A stretch of DNA of 60,968 nucleotides, counting the filler. It is 5 parts of 5 records of this genome, joined end to end, with 100 filler letters (N's around TTAATTAATTAA, not from the genome) between each part and the next. Parts side by side here need not be neighbours in the genome. Positions count along the whole stretch, not along the records: positions 1 to 8,992 come from DRR723986_9050; positions 9,093 to 23,890 come from DRR723986_9054; 3 more parts are not named here. One strand, written 5' to 3'. The stretch's first letter is position 1. Every line of letters starts with the position of its first letter. Below are positions 1 to 11,418 of the stretch, piece by piece. A model generated the notes under the pieces. That model did no database searches, was not told the DNA's origin, and saw only the letters and a program-made list of their open reading frames with translations. Made by a program: the position numbers and the translations under genes.

Positions 1-322
1 GCTCCTGCGCAGCCTCCCCAGGCTTGAACTGCAAGAATAAGCACCACATTTCCCACCTGGTGAAAAGAATTTATGAACGTCCGCAATTTCCACATAAACT
101 CACCGTAATCCGGCTTTAACGGATGCCCAACTGCCCGATTTAGGACGCCAATGCAAGTGATTCTCCCCGCATTTTGCTGACTATTCGGTGCAGTCAAAGA
201 CCATCAAGTGCAGTCGCAATGCCCGACTTCGCCGCAGATGCCCCGTTTTTTGTATTTTTGCGCCTGAATCGGTAGAAACTACAGCCGAACGTCGTTACAG
301 AGAAAAGTCAGGAGAGTCTAGA

Positions 323-2512
323 ATGGCGCAGTCCCACGATAGTTCCCAAGCCCAGGGCGAAGGCAAGGACACAAGCAAAGCTCGCATGGATGAATGGCAG
401 GCCGCCGCAGCCAAAGAGCTCCGCAACCGCCCGCTGGACAGCCTCCAGGAACAATTGGCCGAAGGATTTGCGCGCAAGGCTCTCTATACAAGCGAAGATT
501 TGGCAAATCTTGAGTTGCAGGAAAGCTTACCCGGCTTTTTTCCCTACACCCGCGGCCCATACGCCACGATGTACACGAATCGCCCCTGGACAATTCGTCA
601 GTATGCAGGCTTCTCCACCGCCACAGAGTCAAATGCATTTTATCGCCGGAACCTCGCAGCTGGCCAAAAAGGACTGTCGGTAGCGTTTGACCTGGCGACT
701 CATCGCGGGTACGACAGCGACCATGAGCGCGTCATTGGCGACGTCGGCAAGGCCGGTGTGGCGATTGATAGTATTGAAGACATGAAGATCCTGTTTGATC
801 AGATTCCGCTCGACAAAATGTCTGTCTCGATGACGATGAACGGCGCTGTCATTCCAATCATGGCGATGTACATCGCGGCGGGACTTGAGCAGGGCGTCAC
901 AACACAGGAACTGAGCGGAACGATTCAGAATGATATTCTGAAAGAATTCATGGTGCGCAACACCTTCATTTACCCGCCCGCGCCTTCGATGCGGCTTGTT
1001 GGTGATATCATTGAGTATACCAGCCAGAATATGCCGCGCTTCAACAGCATCAGCATCAGCGGCTATCACATGCACGAGGCCGGGGCCGATGCCGTGCAGG
1101 AACTGGCATTTACGCTGGCGGATGGCTTGGACTACGTGCGCCAGGCCTGCAGCCGCGGTCTTGATGTTGACGCCTTTGCGCCGCGCCTCTCCTTTTTCTT
1201 TGGCATCGGCATGAACTTCTTTATGGAAATTGCCAAGCTACGTGCGGCCAGAACGCTCTGGGCCAAAAGCATGCAGCAGTTTAACCCCAAGAACCCACGC
1301 TCGCTGATGCTGCGCACACACTGCCAGACCTCAGGCTGGAGCCTTACAGAGCAGGATCCATACAACAACGTTGTGCGCACAACTATTGAGGCTATGGCCG
1401 CCGTGCTTGGTGGAACCCAGTCACTCCACACAAATTCGTTTGACGAAGCGATTGCCCTGCCTACCGACTTCTCGGCGCGGATTGCCCGTAACACGCAGTT
1501 AATTTTGGCCGAAGAAAGCAAAATCACTTCGGTAATCGATCCGCTCGGCGGTTCGTACTATATCGAGTCATTAACAGATTCGCTGGTACACCACGCCGAA
1601 AAGTTAATGCAGGAAGTTGAAGATCTGGGCGGCATGACCAAAGCCATTGAAGCCGGAATGCCCAAGGCGCGCATCGAAGAGTCTGCAGCCCGTCGCCAGG
1701 CGCATATCGAACAAGGCGTCGAGACAATTGTTGGTGTTAACAAATATCAGATTGAAGACGACTCGCAGTTTGAAGTGCGTGAGATCGACAACCAGGCCGT
1801 GCGCGAAGATCAGGTGCGCCGCCTCAAAGAACTGCGCGCCACGCGCGATCAGGCAGCCGTAGACAAATCACTCGCAGACTTAACAAAAGCGGCAGAAGGT
1901 AGCGATAATTTGCTGGCGCTGGCTGTTGAAGCCGCCAAAGCACGCGCAACACTTGGCGAAATTTCCGATGCCATGGAAAAAGTCTTTGGACGTTATGAAG
2001 CTCGCTCAGAAATCATCTCTGGTGTTTACGGTAACTCCTACGCTCAGGATAGCGCTTTTAACGCACTGCATGCTGAGATTGAGGAATTTGCCAAAGACTT
2101 CGGTCGCCGCCCCAGGATTCTGGTTGCCAAGCTTGGGCAGGATGGCCACGATCGCGGGGCACGCATAATCGCCTCTGCATTTGCGGATCTGGGATTTGAT
2201 GTGGACATGGGCCCGCTCTTTCAGACACCGGCGGAAGCCGCTCGTCAGGCAGTTGAAAATGACGTTCACGTCGTTGGAATTTCGACCTTGGCTGCCGGGC
2301 ATAAAACACTTGTTCCGCAGCTGGTTGAAGCCCTCAAAGAGCTCGAAGCCGAGGATGTCGTGGTAGTCGTTGGCGGCGTGATTCCGCGGCAGGACTACGA
2401 CTATCTCTACAAAGCGGGCGCGCACGAAATCTTCGGCACGGCAACGAACATACAGGAAGCGGCGCGCAGTATTCTCAAACGCATTCGGCAAATGTCTGAG
2501 TCGGCTGAGTAG
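323..2512 (+). CDS. scpA: Methylmalonyl-CoA mutase (single chain with C-terminal B12-binding domain)
   Basis: Motifs [17 protein letters not shown] and [13 protein letters not shown], plus B12 motif GQDGHDRG. Start moved to ATG 323, which follows a GGAG RBS. Confidence 0.96.
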   Translation: MAQSHDSSQAQGEGKDTSKARMDEWQAAAAKELRNRPLDSLQEQLAEGFARKALYTSEDLANLELQESLPGFFPYTRGPYATMYTNRPWTIRQYAGFSTATESNAFYRRNLAAGQKGLSVAFDLATHRGYDSDHERVIGDVGKAGVAIDSIEDMKILFDQIPLDKMSVSMTMNGAVIPIMAMYIAAGLEQGVTTQELSGTIQNDILKEFMVRNTFIYPPAPSMRLVGDIIEYTSQNMPRFNSISISGYHMHEAGADAVQELAFTLADGLDYVRQACSRGLDVDAFAPRLSFFFGIGMNFFMEIAKLRAARTLWAKSMQQFNPKNPRSLMLRTHCQTSGWSLTEQDPYNNVVRTTIEAMAAVLGGTQSLHTNSFDEAIALPTDFSARIARNTQLILAEESKITSVIDPLGGSYYIESLTDSLVHHAEKLMQEVEDLGGMTKAIEAGMPKARIEESAARRQAHIEQGVETIVGVNKYQIEDDSQFEVREIDNQAVREDQVRRLKELRATRDQAAVDKSLADLTKAAEGSDNLLALAVEAAKARATLGEISDAMEKVFGRYEARSEIISGVYGNSYAQDSAFNALHAEIEEFAKDFGRRPRILVAKLGQDGHDRGARIIASAFADLGFDVDMGPLFQTPAEAARQAVENDVHVVGISTLAAGHKTLVPQLVEALKELEAEDVVVVVGGVIPRQDYDYLYKAGAHEIFGTATNIQEAARSILKRIRQMSESAE

Positions 2513-2691
2513 TATCTTAACAACCATGCGGTCGCCCAGGAGTTAAACTTTTGCGATACAGTAATTTTGCAAGTTTAACATTTTTGGCCCCTGGTTGTTT
2601 AACTGAAAATGACCAGATCCGTTTTGGCATTTTTTTGTTTGTCATTGTGTTAAATGTCCCAAGTCATTCACAAACTTGAGTTCGCCAATCC

Positions 2692-3690
2692 ATGAAACGA
2701 GCACTGACACCACAGAACCTGGCGCCGGCAATTCAACGTGGCGAAAGACGCGCGCTTGCCAAAGGCATCTCGCTTGTTGAAAGCAGCCGCCCGCAGGATC
2801 GGCTGGCGGCACGTGAGCTGCTGGATTTGCTCAGTTCTGAAAGGCCGAAGGCTCGCAGACTTGGGATAAGCGGTACGCCGGGCGTGGGTAAAAGCACTTT
2901 TATCGATGCATTTGGAATGTCCGCCATTGCACGCGGCAACAGAGTCGCAGTCCTTTCGATTGATCCGAGTTCGGTACGTACCGGCGGAAGTATCCTTGGT
3001 GATAAAACACGCATGCCGGAACTGGCGCGCAATGGCAGTGCATTTATTCGCCCTTCCCCCAGCAGCGGAACACTTGGTGGAGTTGCTCGAAGTACACGTG
3101 AAAGCATGCTTCTCTGTGAGGCCGCCGGTTTTGATCTGATCATCATTGAAACTGTTGGCGTGGGCCAGTCCGAAACCGCAGTCGCACGCATGGTCGATTG
3201 TTTTATCCTCCTGACCCTGGCCAATGCCGGCGACGAACTGCAAGGCATTAAACGCGGCATCATGGAAGTCATCGACCTCGTAATTGTTAACAAAGTTGAC
3301 GAGCCCAAAGACTCGCGGGCACTGCGTGCACGCCAGCAATTGTTAAATGCGCTGCATTTGTTGCAGCCGCAATCACAGGACTGGACCATTGCAGTATTGA
3401 TGTGCAGCGCGCTGCACAAACTCGGTCTCGACGAAGTCTGGCAGCAGCTGGATCTATTTTTTGCTGAATCACGCCGCAGTCTGATCGCCGATAGACGCCG
3501 CCAACAGGCGCTGCAATGGTTCAAGGAAGTGCTGCAGAATCATTTGCTTGACGTTTTTCTTGAAGACTCAAGCCTGCAGACACGCTGGCAAACAAAAGAA
3601 CAAGCCGTACGCGATGGTGTGCTCAGTCCGCATGCCGCAGCGGAAGAAATCGCGGATGAGTTGCGTAGGAGGTTGAAGATTCCAGACTAA
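2692..3690 (+). CDS. meaB: Methylmalonyl-CoA mutase-associated GTPase MeaB
   Basis: GTPGVGKST P-loop, IDPSS, GGSILGDKTRM, ETVGVGQSE, GDELQGIKRG and NKVD motifs; adjacent to the mutase. Confidence 0.95.
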   Translation: MKRALTPQNLAPAIQRGERRALAKGISLVESSRPQDRLAARELLDLLSSERPKARRLGISGTPGVGKSTFIDAFGMSAIARGNRVAVLSIDPSSVRTGGSILGDKTRMPELARNGSAFIRPSPSSGTLGGVARSTRESMLLCEAAGFDLIIIETVGVGQSETAVARMVDCFILLTLANAGDELQGIKRGIMEVIDLVIVNKVDEPKDSRALRARQQLLNALHLLQPQSQDWTIAVLMCSALHKLGLDEVWQQLDLFFAESRRSLIADRRRQQALQWFKEVLQNHLLDVFLEDSSLQTRWQTKEQAVRDGVLSPHAAAEEIADELRRRLKIPD

Positions 3691-3804
3691 ACGACCGGAG
3701 CAACATACAGAAAGCCACGCTGAACACCACCAACACCCAATTTTTTCCTATATTCCACTCTTCCCAGGCCTACTCCCCGCATCCCCAAACCCGGGATCAC
3801 GATA

Positions 3805-4482
3805 ATGAAATTTCAATCGGTACTGTACCTGTTGTTAACACTTGCCTTCGTTAGTGGCTGCAAACAGTTTAGCCAGGTCGGACCCTACAAAAGTGTGTAC
3901 TCGCCAAGACGCGGCGCCCAGTCGCTAACACATGAGTTTACGGGCTATGTGCATTCCGAAGTGCGTGAACTGGTCGTATTTGCAACACGTGAATATCGCG
4001 AGTCTGATACACTTGCATATCTTGTTTTGGCGCGCAATCGCTGGCGCCCGGCATCGCGTAGTGAAGATGGCATTAGCAGTACACGCGAGCGCGACAATCT
4101 GATCAATGACGGCATTGCCATAACACCGGATGAAAGTGCACAATTCATCAGCTTCCTGAAGCAACTGCCCCAACAGGCTGCCCCAAATGCGCAGAACTCC
4201 CGCGACAGACAATTTCTGGTGGTTAACGGATGGGATGAACTGCGCTGCAGCGCACTTGATCGCGAAAACGGAATGGAGTTTCAGCTCAACCTACGCTCGG
4301 CCTTTCCAGCGCCTGTTGCCCGCACAGATAGCACCCAGAGCAGCCTGCCCCAGCTCCAACAGCCAACACGAAAAAAGCCGGACGTCTCGGCAATGCCATT
4401 TAACTTAACAAATCTTGATCGTGACTGGATCTCAAACTTTGAGTCTTTGCTGTCACATGCCTTGGCAGAGTTAAAGAAATAG
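3805..4482 (+). CDS. Hypothetical lipoprotein (paralog 1)
   Basis: Signal peptide with lipobox-like FVSGC; shares blocks with the next ORF. Confidence 0.7.
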   Translation: MKFQSVLYLLLTLAFVSGCKQFSQVGPYKSVYSPRRGAQSLTHEFTGYVHSEVRELVVFATREYRESDTLAYLVLARNRWRPASRSEDGISSTRERDNLINDGIAITPDESAQFISFLKQLPQQAAPNAQNSRDRQFLVVNGWDELRCSALDRENGMEFQLNLRSAFPAPVARTDSTQSSLPQLQQPTRKKPDVSAMPFNLTNLDRDWISNFESLLSHALAELKK

Positions 4483-4605
4483 TCAACAACTATTGCATGC
4501 GGATTTTGCATATTTAAAGCCGTCCTGGAACACTCATCAGCAGCCACTAACACAATTGCCCTCCCGGCACCTTTTAACGATAACTTACGTTTGAGGAAAC
4601 CTTAC

Positions 4606-5316
4606 ATGCGCTTTTCTACCGCCCTTAGCCTGTTAACTCTGGCCGGCGTGTCATACGGCTGCCTGCCTTTCTTTAGCGACCCCACGCCCAAATCCTATAG
4701 CAGCAATTATTCCGATGAACACTTATCACAGTCCAGAACATTTAACTACACGGGTCTGGTTCACGAAGAAATATCTGAACTGATCCTCTTTCCGACTCGC
4801 GAAGTCAGGGACAACAAAACCCTGGAGTACGCTGTGCTGTCGTACAGTGGAAGCGCAATTTCTTCGAGCTCGGATGATAAGATTTTCACTACACGCGAAT
4901 GCCACGAGTTGATTAACCGCGGAATTCCACTCAGCAAAACAGACCTTGAGAAGTTTATCGGATTCATCGATGCATTGCCCAAATCCACCAATCCTGGCAG
5001 CACAGTCGTTCAGTCCGCAGAATTTCTGGCAGTCAACGGCTGGCACGAGCTGCGCCTGCAAGTCGTAGACTCCCCAAACAGACCGCAATATCAAATGCGA
5101 TTAAACAATACCTACCAGCCGATTAACCGTCAGAGTGATAGTACCGACAGCCATCTCACTTCAGTGGTGCGCCAGCTATTGCGTGCCACTCAGTCCCCGG
5201 TTAAAAATTTCTTTATCAAAGAATTAGAATACGAGTGGCTGCAAAATCTACGCGCACTCCTGGCACGCAGCTTAGAAGAAATTGAGAATCTAAAACCAGA
5301 TCCCGGAGTACGCTAA
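4606..5316 (+). CDS. Hypothetical lipoprotein (paralog 2)
   Basis: Lipobox-like VSYGC; shares blocks with the upstream ORF; ATG 4606 follows GAGGA. Confidence 0.7.
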   Translation: MRFSTALSLLTLAGVSYGCLPFFSDPTPKSYSSNYSDEHLSQSRTFNYTGLVHEEISELILFPTREVRDNKTLEYAVLSYSGSAISSSSDDKIFTTRECHELINRGIPLSKTDLEKFIGFIDALPKSTNPGSTVVQSAEFLAVNGWHELRLQVVDSPNRPQYQMRLNNTYQPINRQSDSTDSHLTSVVRQLLRATQSPVKNFFIKELEYEWLQNLRALLARSLEEIENLKPDPGVR

Positions 5317-5498
5317 ATTCAGTCAGACACAAATATTCACTGAATTCTGCGCTGATTTGGCGGGCACAAGACCAAAGCTCATATTTGTAGTCTGCCGCAG
5401 TGACCGGAGTGGAAACTATCTCTCGTTTGTGCTTGCTGCGGCCTCACGTACAACAGACAGTCAAAACACGCTTCCATCTGGGCAAGCTCGGAGTTTCC

Positions 5499-6719
5499 AT
5501 GAATATCTCGTTCGCTAAAATCCAGCAAGTACTCAAAGACTTTGACATCGATGCCTGGGCGATGTACGACTTCCGCGGCGTAAATACTATCGCCTGGTCG
5601 GTTCTGGGCCTCGAAGCCGGTGCTCACTGCACACGCCGCTGGATTGTGGTAATTCCACGTGAAGGACGCCCACGCAAAGTCGTCTCGCGAATTGAACGTC
5701 ACACGCTGGAGCATGTGGATGCCGACGAAGTGCTTTACTCATCACGCCAGGAATGGAGCGCCGCCGTTGAAGCTATTGTGCAGGAATTTCCGCGCCTGGC
5801 AATGGAGTACTCACATAATAACGACATCCCTGTCGCCTCCAAGATTGACGGCGGCACACTCGAATACTTGCGCTCACTCGGCGCGCAGATCAGCAGCTCG
5901 GCCGATATCTCACAGCACTTTAGCGCCGTGATGAATACCGGTGAATTCGCGGCGACACTTAAAGGTGCCAAACTGCTGCGCGAGTGCATGCAGGCCGGCA
6001 TGGCCTATCTGCGCATGTCTCTGCTCGAAAAACGCAGTGTTAACGAATATCAGGTGCAGCAGCACATTCTGCAGTCGATGGCAGCGCGTGACCTGGAAAC
6101 GGACCACGCACCCATCGTGGCTATCGGTCCCAATGCCGCCAACCCACACTATGCGCCCAGCAAAGACAAACATGCCCCGATCCGCGAAGGTGACGTGATT
6201 CTGTTTGATATGTGGGCGCTCCCCAAAGACAATAGCGGCTTCTTCAGTGACATAACCTGGATGGCCTATGCAGGTGACGCAGTCCCCGATCGCCCCGCGC
6301 AACTCTTTGGTATCATCGCCGAAGCTCGCGACGGCATTATCAATCACTTGCAGTCGGCTATTCCGTCGGGACAGAGAGTTCAGGGTTTTGAGTTGGATGA
6401 CATCGCACGCACAATTGTTTCTGACGCCGGTTATGCCGACGCATTTGTGCACCGCACCGGACACAGCATTACGCGCGAGACACATGGCCCCGGCGTAAAT
6501 CTGGACAATTTTGAAACGCACGACACCCGTAGCATTATTCCAGGTATTTCGTTCTCCATCGAACCCGGCATCTACCTCAAGGATGATATTGGTCTGCGTA
6601 CAGAAGTTGATATCGTCATCTCAGCGCAAAACGAGGTTCTGGTAACCGGAGGTCCGGCCCAAAAAACTATCGTACCGCTCATGGGGCCAAGTTTTGACAT
6701 TACAGACGAATCGCACTAG
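5499..6719 (+). CDS. M24 family Xaa-Pro aminopeptidase
   Basis: Motifs NAANPHY, SDITW, FVHRTGHSI, FSIEPGIY and GLRTEVD. Confidence 0.9.
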   Translation: MNISFAKIQQVLKDFDIDAWAMYDFRGVNTIAWSVLGLEAGAHCTRRWIVVIPREGRPRKVVSRIERHTLEHVDADEVLYSSRQEWSAAVEAIVQEFPRLAMEYSHNNDIPVASKIDGGTLEYLRSLGAQISSSADISQHFSAVMNTGEFAATLKGAKLLRECMQAGMAYLRMSLLEKRSVNEYQVQQHILQSMAARDLETDHAPIVAIGPNAANPHYAPSKDKHAPIREGDVILFDMWALPKDNSGFFSDITWMAYAGDAVPDRPAQLFGIIAEARDGIINHLQSAIPSGQRVQGFELDDIARTIVSDAGYADAFVHRTGHSITRETHGPGVNLDNFETHDTRSIIPGISFSIEPGIYLKDDIGLRTEVDIVISAQNEVLVTGGPAQKTIVPLMGPSFDITDESH

Positions 6720-6850
6720 ACACGCGCGGTTTTCAGTGCTGCAGCATCGTGAGTGTTCATTCTATAGCTAAACATGTGAATCAAAATTGACGGCGGTATC
6801 GTACGTCGGCACTGTTTGTGCGGTCTTCTAACGCCCGTGCCTGATTTTCC

Positions 6851-8743
6851 ATGCAAAAAACGACTGCGATCATGTCATATACATTCTCAATTACAAGCCG
6901 GCCCGATTCATCCACATTCAGTGCTGCTCGTCCGGGGCCGCTTTCGATCCTGGTAATTGCCGGCCTGCTGCTAAGCTGTTTAACAACGACTGTTATGGCT
7001 CAAAGTACTGCCGAACGCAAGTATCTGCTGGCCCAGTCCTATGAGCAAAGTGGAAATCTGGATGATGCCGCGCGCCTCTATCTGGAACTGTACAACAATG
7101 ATCCCAAGTTTGACCGCGTGTACGCCGCAGTAGAACGCACGCTGATGGAATTGCAGCGTTACAGCGAACTGCAGCCGATTGTTGCCGATCAGGCCGGCAA
7201 ACAGCAGCAGCCTGAACTGCATGCACTCAACGGCAACCTCCTCTGGAAAGTTGGACAGACCGATCAGGCTTTTCAGGCCTGGGACACAGGCCTCGAACTT
7301 AAAAGTGATGATCCCGACGCATACTCCGCCATCGCCCAGGCTCAAATCGATAATCGTCTGTTTGATCAGGCAATTCAAACCCTGGTCCTGGGGCGCAAAC
7401 GCGTGGGTGGCAAAGCCACATTCGCAAACGATCTCAGTCAGCTCTATGGTGCCGTCGGCAACTATCGCCTCGGCGCAGCTGAAGTCATGACACTCCTCGA
7501 TCAAACTGGGAATTTGCCCCTGGTGCAGGGTCGCCTCTCAGCATATCTGGTCAATGAAGCCGGTGTTAAGGAAACAGGCGAAGTCCTCGCCGACGTCGCC
7601 GACGGTAGCCGCGACCAGCTGGTACTGGAAATCTATGAATGGTATTTGCGCCAAATCAAAGATTACGACCGCGCATTTGACATCTTCGTTAAAATCGACG
7701 AGTTAAATGGCGGTGACGGACGCCAGCTGCTGCGTTTTGGCAATCGCGTGGCGCGTGACGGTCGTTATGACGTGGCAATTCGCGCATTTGGACGCATTAT
7801 CGAAACCGGCAAAGGCAAAAATCCGCACGTGCACTCGGCACTCTATGGGTATGCCAAGGCCATGGAACAACGCCTGGCCGCCGGCAATGAAATCGCCGAA
7901 ACAGAAGTTCTCGAAATTGTTGCGCGTTACGAACGAATCCTTAGCGAATTCCCCAAGTCCAAGTTTGCTGCAGATGCGCAGTACGGTTTGGCACATCTGC
8001 ACCATCATTACCTCAACGATCTCGATCGTGCAATAAGCGAATACGAAACTCTGATTGGCAAGTTTGCACGCAAACAAATTGCAGCCACCGGCGCGCTCGA
8101 ACTGGGCCGTTTGCATTTGCAGCAGGACAATCTGGAACAAGCCGAACAAACGTTTAACACCATCGGCAAAAAGTTCAAAAAATTCGACGATCCTGTTAAA
8201 CAGGCACGTTTTGAACTCGCCGAACTCCTCTTCTATCGCGGCGAACTCGACTCTGCCGTGCTTGCCTACACCGGCCTGGCCAATGATGCCGACAAAGATA
8301 TTGCCAACGATGCCCTAAACCGTCTGCTTCTGTTTGGAGGAAATCCAGACGAACAGGCCAAGGAACACATCAAAACGTTTGCCCGTGCTATTCTGCGCGC
8401 GCGTCAGTCGCGTTCCGCGGAAGCACGCAATTTGTTTAAGGAAGCCGCCGACGCCGCTAATGGCAGTGCTCTTGGCGAGCTCTCGCTCTTCCGGATTGGC
8501 GAACTCGATATGTCTACCGGTCAGTACACCAACGCGCGTACAACGCTGGAATCACTCCTGTTTCAGTATCCCGAAAGCATTTACGGCGACAAGGCCTACG
8601 CTATCATCGGCGACACCTGGCTTGCCGAAAAGGCTCCCGACAAAGCTATCGAAGCCTACACGCACATCCTGGTTAATTATCCCGATTCGACGCTCCTGCA
8701 AGAAATGCGCGCCAAAATTCGTTCCCTGCGCGAAGAAAGTTAA
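6851..8743 (+). CDS. Secreted tetratricopeptide-repeat protein
   Basis: Hydrophobic N-terminal segment; many TPR-like units (e.g. AADAQYGLA, AIEAYTHILVNYPDS). Confidence 0.8.
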   Translation: MQKTTAIMSYTFSITSRPDSSTFSAARPGPLSILVIAGLLLSCLTTTVMAQSTAERKYLLAQSYEQSGNLDDAARLYLELYNNDPKFDRVYAAVERTLMELQRYSELQPIVADQAGKQQQPELHALNGNLLWKVGQTDQAFQAWDTGLELKSDDPDAYSAIAQAQIDNRLFDQAIQTLVLGRKRVGGKATFANDLSQLYGAVGNYRLGAAEVMTLLDQTGNLPLVQGRLSAYLVNEAGVKETGEVLADVADGSRDQLVLEIYEWYLRQIKDYDRAFDIFVKIDELNGGDGRQLLRFGNRVARDGRYDVAIRAFGRIIETGKGKNPHVHSALYGYAKAMEQRLAAGNEIAETEVLEIVARYERILSEFPKSKFAADAQYGLAHLHHHYLNDLDRAISEYETLIGKFARKQIAATGALELGRLHLQQDNLEQAEQTFNTIGKKFKKFDDPVKQARFELAELLFYRGELDSAVLAYTGLANDADKDIANDALNRLLLFGGNPDEQAKEHIKTFARAILRARQSRSAEARNLFKEAADAANGSALGELSLFRIGELDMSTGQYTNARTTLESLLFQYPESIYGDKAYAIIGDTWLAEKAPDKAIEAYTHILVNYPDSTLLQEMRAKIRSLREES

Positions 8744-8992
8744 CTGCGGTTCACGGGCCTCACGTTTTAACATTTTCTGAGCTTTGAGCGCTTCGCCTCC
8801 TGCCCCGCTACGCGGATTCAGTTGGGCTTGCTGTTTCTTGTTGTTTTTCTCTGGGCTGCAAGTTCAACACATTTTAGTCTGCATTTCAGCTTAGAGTTTT
8901 GCCTCAAGTCTCTGATTCCAAGTCTCAAACCTCTCAGCTTCAGGCCTTCGCGTCTGGAGTCTCACCACTCAGCGACAAGTCTTCCGGTTTAA

Positions 8993-9092
8993 NNNNNNNN
9001 NNNNNNNNNNNNNNNNNNNNNNNNNNNNNNNNNNNNTTAATTAATTAANNNNNNNNNNNNNNNNNNNNNNNNNNNNNNNNNNNNNNNNNNNN
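8993..9092. other. Artificial contig linker
   Basis: N-run + TTAATTAATTAA (stops in all six frames) + N-run, 100 bp. Confidence 0.98.
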
Positions 9093-9372
9093 AGCCCTAA
9101 GTGCTCACAGCTGCAAATCTACTGGGCTTCAAAGTCTTCCGGCCCTCCAGGCCGAACCCAAGTCTGGACACCGGAACTAAGTTCACAGGATGCCGTGCCC
9201 GATTCAGGCACTGCATCACCGAAAACTGCAGCGGTCTCTATGCCCAACTTGTGCCTTTTGACCGCGATTTGAGATTACTCGTGGCGTCGCCGTGGTGCAG
9301 CACTTGTACTTGCAGCCAACGCCGCAGAATACTCAGACACTCACAATTTTTTGATAATATTTTGGAGGATCG

Positions 9373-11331
9373 ATGTTCACTCTCACACGTAGTCAGGGCC
9401 TTGCGCTACTGGCAGTGCTCGCTCTTACCTTTGGCGGACTTACCGCCTGTGGTGGCGAAGAAGCTGCGCAGATAGACACGACCGCAAATAATTCAGACGA
9501 CAGTGCGATGGATGAAAGTACCATTCCCGCCGAACTCGGTGGTGATGGTTGGGAAGGTGTTGCAGAATCACTCGGATTTGTCACCGGCGGTTACACGCCC
9601 GAACAGGTCGAGCTGCTCACAGACGTCAACGCCAAAAAAGGTGGAGAACTCCAAAAAACCATCACGCGTTTTGTTCTCACCTTCCGCCCCTTCTTTTATG
9701 GCAACAACGCCAACTACAGCGAAAACAAGATGATCTCTGATTTTTGCTACGAAGGACTGGTCAGCGTAAACTCCATCAACCTCGAAGTCATTCCCTGGCT
9801 TGCGACTCACTGGAAAATTCACGACGATTCTCTGACATACGATTTTCGTATCAACCCCGATGCGAAATTCTCAGATGGCTCTCCCGTCCGCGCGCGTGAC
9901 GTACTGGCCACCTGGCAGCTGCTCGTTGAAGATGACCTGCAGTCGCCTAGTATGAAAGTAACATTCGGTCGCTTTGAAGAGCCCGAAGTCCTCAGCCCGC
10001 TCATGATTCGCTTCAAAAGCAAACTCAACACATGGCGCGCTATCCTCAGCATCGCCGGTATGTCCGTTCTTTCTGCTGATCAAATTGGCGACCTGACGGC
10101 CACCGAATTCCTGGATGCATTTGACAACATCCCGCCAATCGGCTCCGGTCCGTACATTATCACCGAGGACAACATCGTAAATCAGCGGTCCTACGCGCTT
10201 ACGCGCCGTCCTGACTTTTGGGACTGGGATTCACCGCTCATGCAGCATACCTGTAACTTCGACCGCATTCAGCTCGAAGTTGTGCGTGACAACCCTTCAC
10301 TCGAATACCAGAAATTTATCAAAGGTGAGCAGGACTTTTTCTACTACACCAGCGGTACGATCGAAGAGTGGGTTGACAATTCTGCCGAAGCCTACCAAAA
10401 AGGTTGGTTCAAAAAAATGCGTGTTGAGACCAATGGTCCTTCCGGCATGTGGGGTTATGCTCTTAACCTGCGCAAACCACCGTTTGATGACATGAACATG
10501 CGCAAAGCATTTGCATACCTGAATCCTCGTCAGCGCTACATCGATAAAGCCCTCTATGGCGAATACGAGGCGCAGGATTCCTATTACGATCAATCGCCAT
10601 ACGCCAATTCAGCCAACCCGGAAATACGTTATAACCCCGCAAAAGCCGGTGAGTATTTGCGTGCCGCAGGTTGGGTTGATCGTAACTCCGATGGTTATCT
10701 TAGCAAAGATGGCCAGGTTCTTGAAGTCAACCTGAACATCGTTAAGCCTGTTGAAAAATTTGTGACGCCCTACCAGGAAGCTCTGCGCGAAGCCGGGATT
10801 AAACTCAATGTGAACTACATTGACGGTAACACGAACTCCAAAAACGCACAGGAACGTCTCTTCACGATGTTCTGGGCCACACAGGGATCGCTCGTATTCC
10901 CTAACCCACGCTCGTCCTTCCATAGCGACCTTGCCGAGAAAACCAACAACAATAACTGGTGGGGCTTCAGCAACGCCAAAGTTGATGAACTGATTGAGAT
11001 ATATGACCTGACCTACGAGGCCGGCGAACGTATCAAAATCATTCAGGAAATTGACAAGATTCTGATGGAAGAAAATCTGACGGTGATGTTGTACAACACC
11101 AAAGGTATCAAGATTGGCTACTGGGATAAGTTCGGCTTCCCGCCGCACCGCTTCTCGCGTTTTTGCCAGGCCGGTGATAACCTCGACGAGGCCATTCGCT
11201 TCTGGTCATATGACGAAGCCAAGGCCAAACGACTTGAAGACGCTATGAAGAACAATCAGTCGCTTGAAAAACCAAGCGAGCCATATAAAGTCTACGACTT
11301 CTGGCGTAATCAGTTCAAAGATCCAGCCTAA
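9373..11331 (+). CDS. ABC transporter substrate-binding lipoprotein, family 5 (OppA/YejA-like)
   Basis: Lipobox LTAC; motifs AKFSDGSPV, IGSGPY and NLRKPPFDD; GGAGG RBS. Confidence 0.9.
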   Translation: MFTLTRSQGLALLAVLALTFGGLTACGGEEAAQIDTTANNSDDSAMDESTIPAELGGDGWEGVAESLGFVTGGYTPEQVELLTDVNAKKGGELQKTITRFVLTFRPFFYGNNANYSENKMISDFCYEGLVSVNSINLEVIPWLATHWKIHDDSLTYDFRINPDAKFSDGSPVRARDVLATWQLLVEDDLQSPSMKVTFGRFEEPEVLSPLMIRFKSKLNTWRAILSIAGMSVLSADQIGDLTATEFLDAFDNIPPIGSGPYIITEDNIVNQRSYALTRRPDFWDWDSPLMQHTCNFDRIQLEVVRDNPSLEYQKFIKGEQDFFYYTSGTIEEWVDNSAEAYQKGWFKKMRVETNGPSGMWGYALNLRKPPFDDMNMRKAFAYLNPRQRYIDKALYGEYEAQDSYYDQSPYANSANPEIRYNPAKAGEYLRAAGWVDRNSDGYLSKDGQVLEVNLNIVKPVEKFVTPYQEALREAGIKLNVNYIDGNTNSKNAQERLFTMFWATQGSLVFPNPRSSFHSDLAEKTNNNNWWGFSNAKVDELIEIYDLTYEAGERIKIIQEIDKILMEENLTVMLYNTKGIKIGYWDKFGFPPHRFSRFCQAGDNLDEAIRFWSYDEAKAKRLEDAMKNNQSLEKPSEPYKVYDFWRNQFKDPA

Positions 11332-11344
11332 GAGATTAAACAGT

Positions 11345-11380
11345 TGGCGTCGTCACATGGTGTGGCGGCGCCATTGTTTT
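11345..11380 (+). terminator. Hairpin plus T-rich tail between the two binding-protein genes
   Basis: TGGCGTCGTCACA/TGTGGCGGCGCCA stem (with G-U pairs) followed by TTGTTTT. Confidence 0.55.
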
Positions 11381-11418
11381 AAAGTCCATTTTGTTAACAT
11401 CACAACAGAAGTTTTCAC

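Noticed and set aside
188-322. N-terminal extension of the mutase (and similar extensions on meaB-neighbouring, speB, mazG and mobA ORFs)
   Set aside because: Artefacts of longest-ORF calling; downstream ATGs with RBS fit the family N-termini better.
9037-9048. TTAATTAATTAA palindrome repeated four times in the window
   Set aside because: Always embedded in N-runs of fixed length; a synthetic six-frame stop linker.
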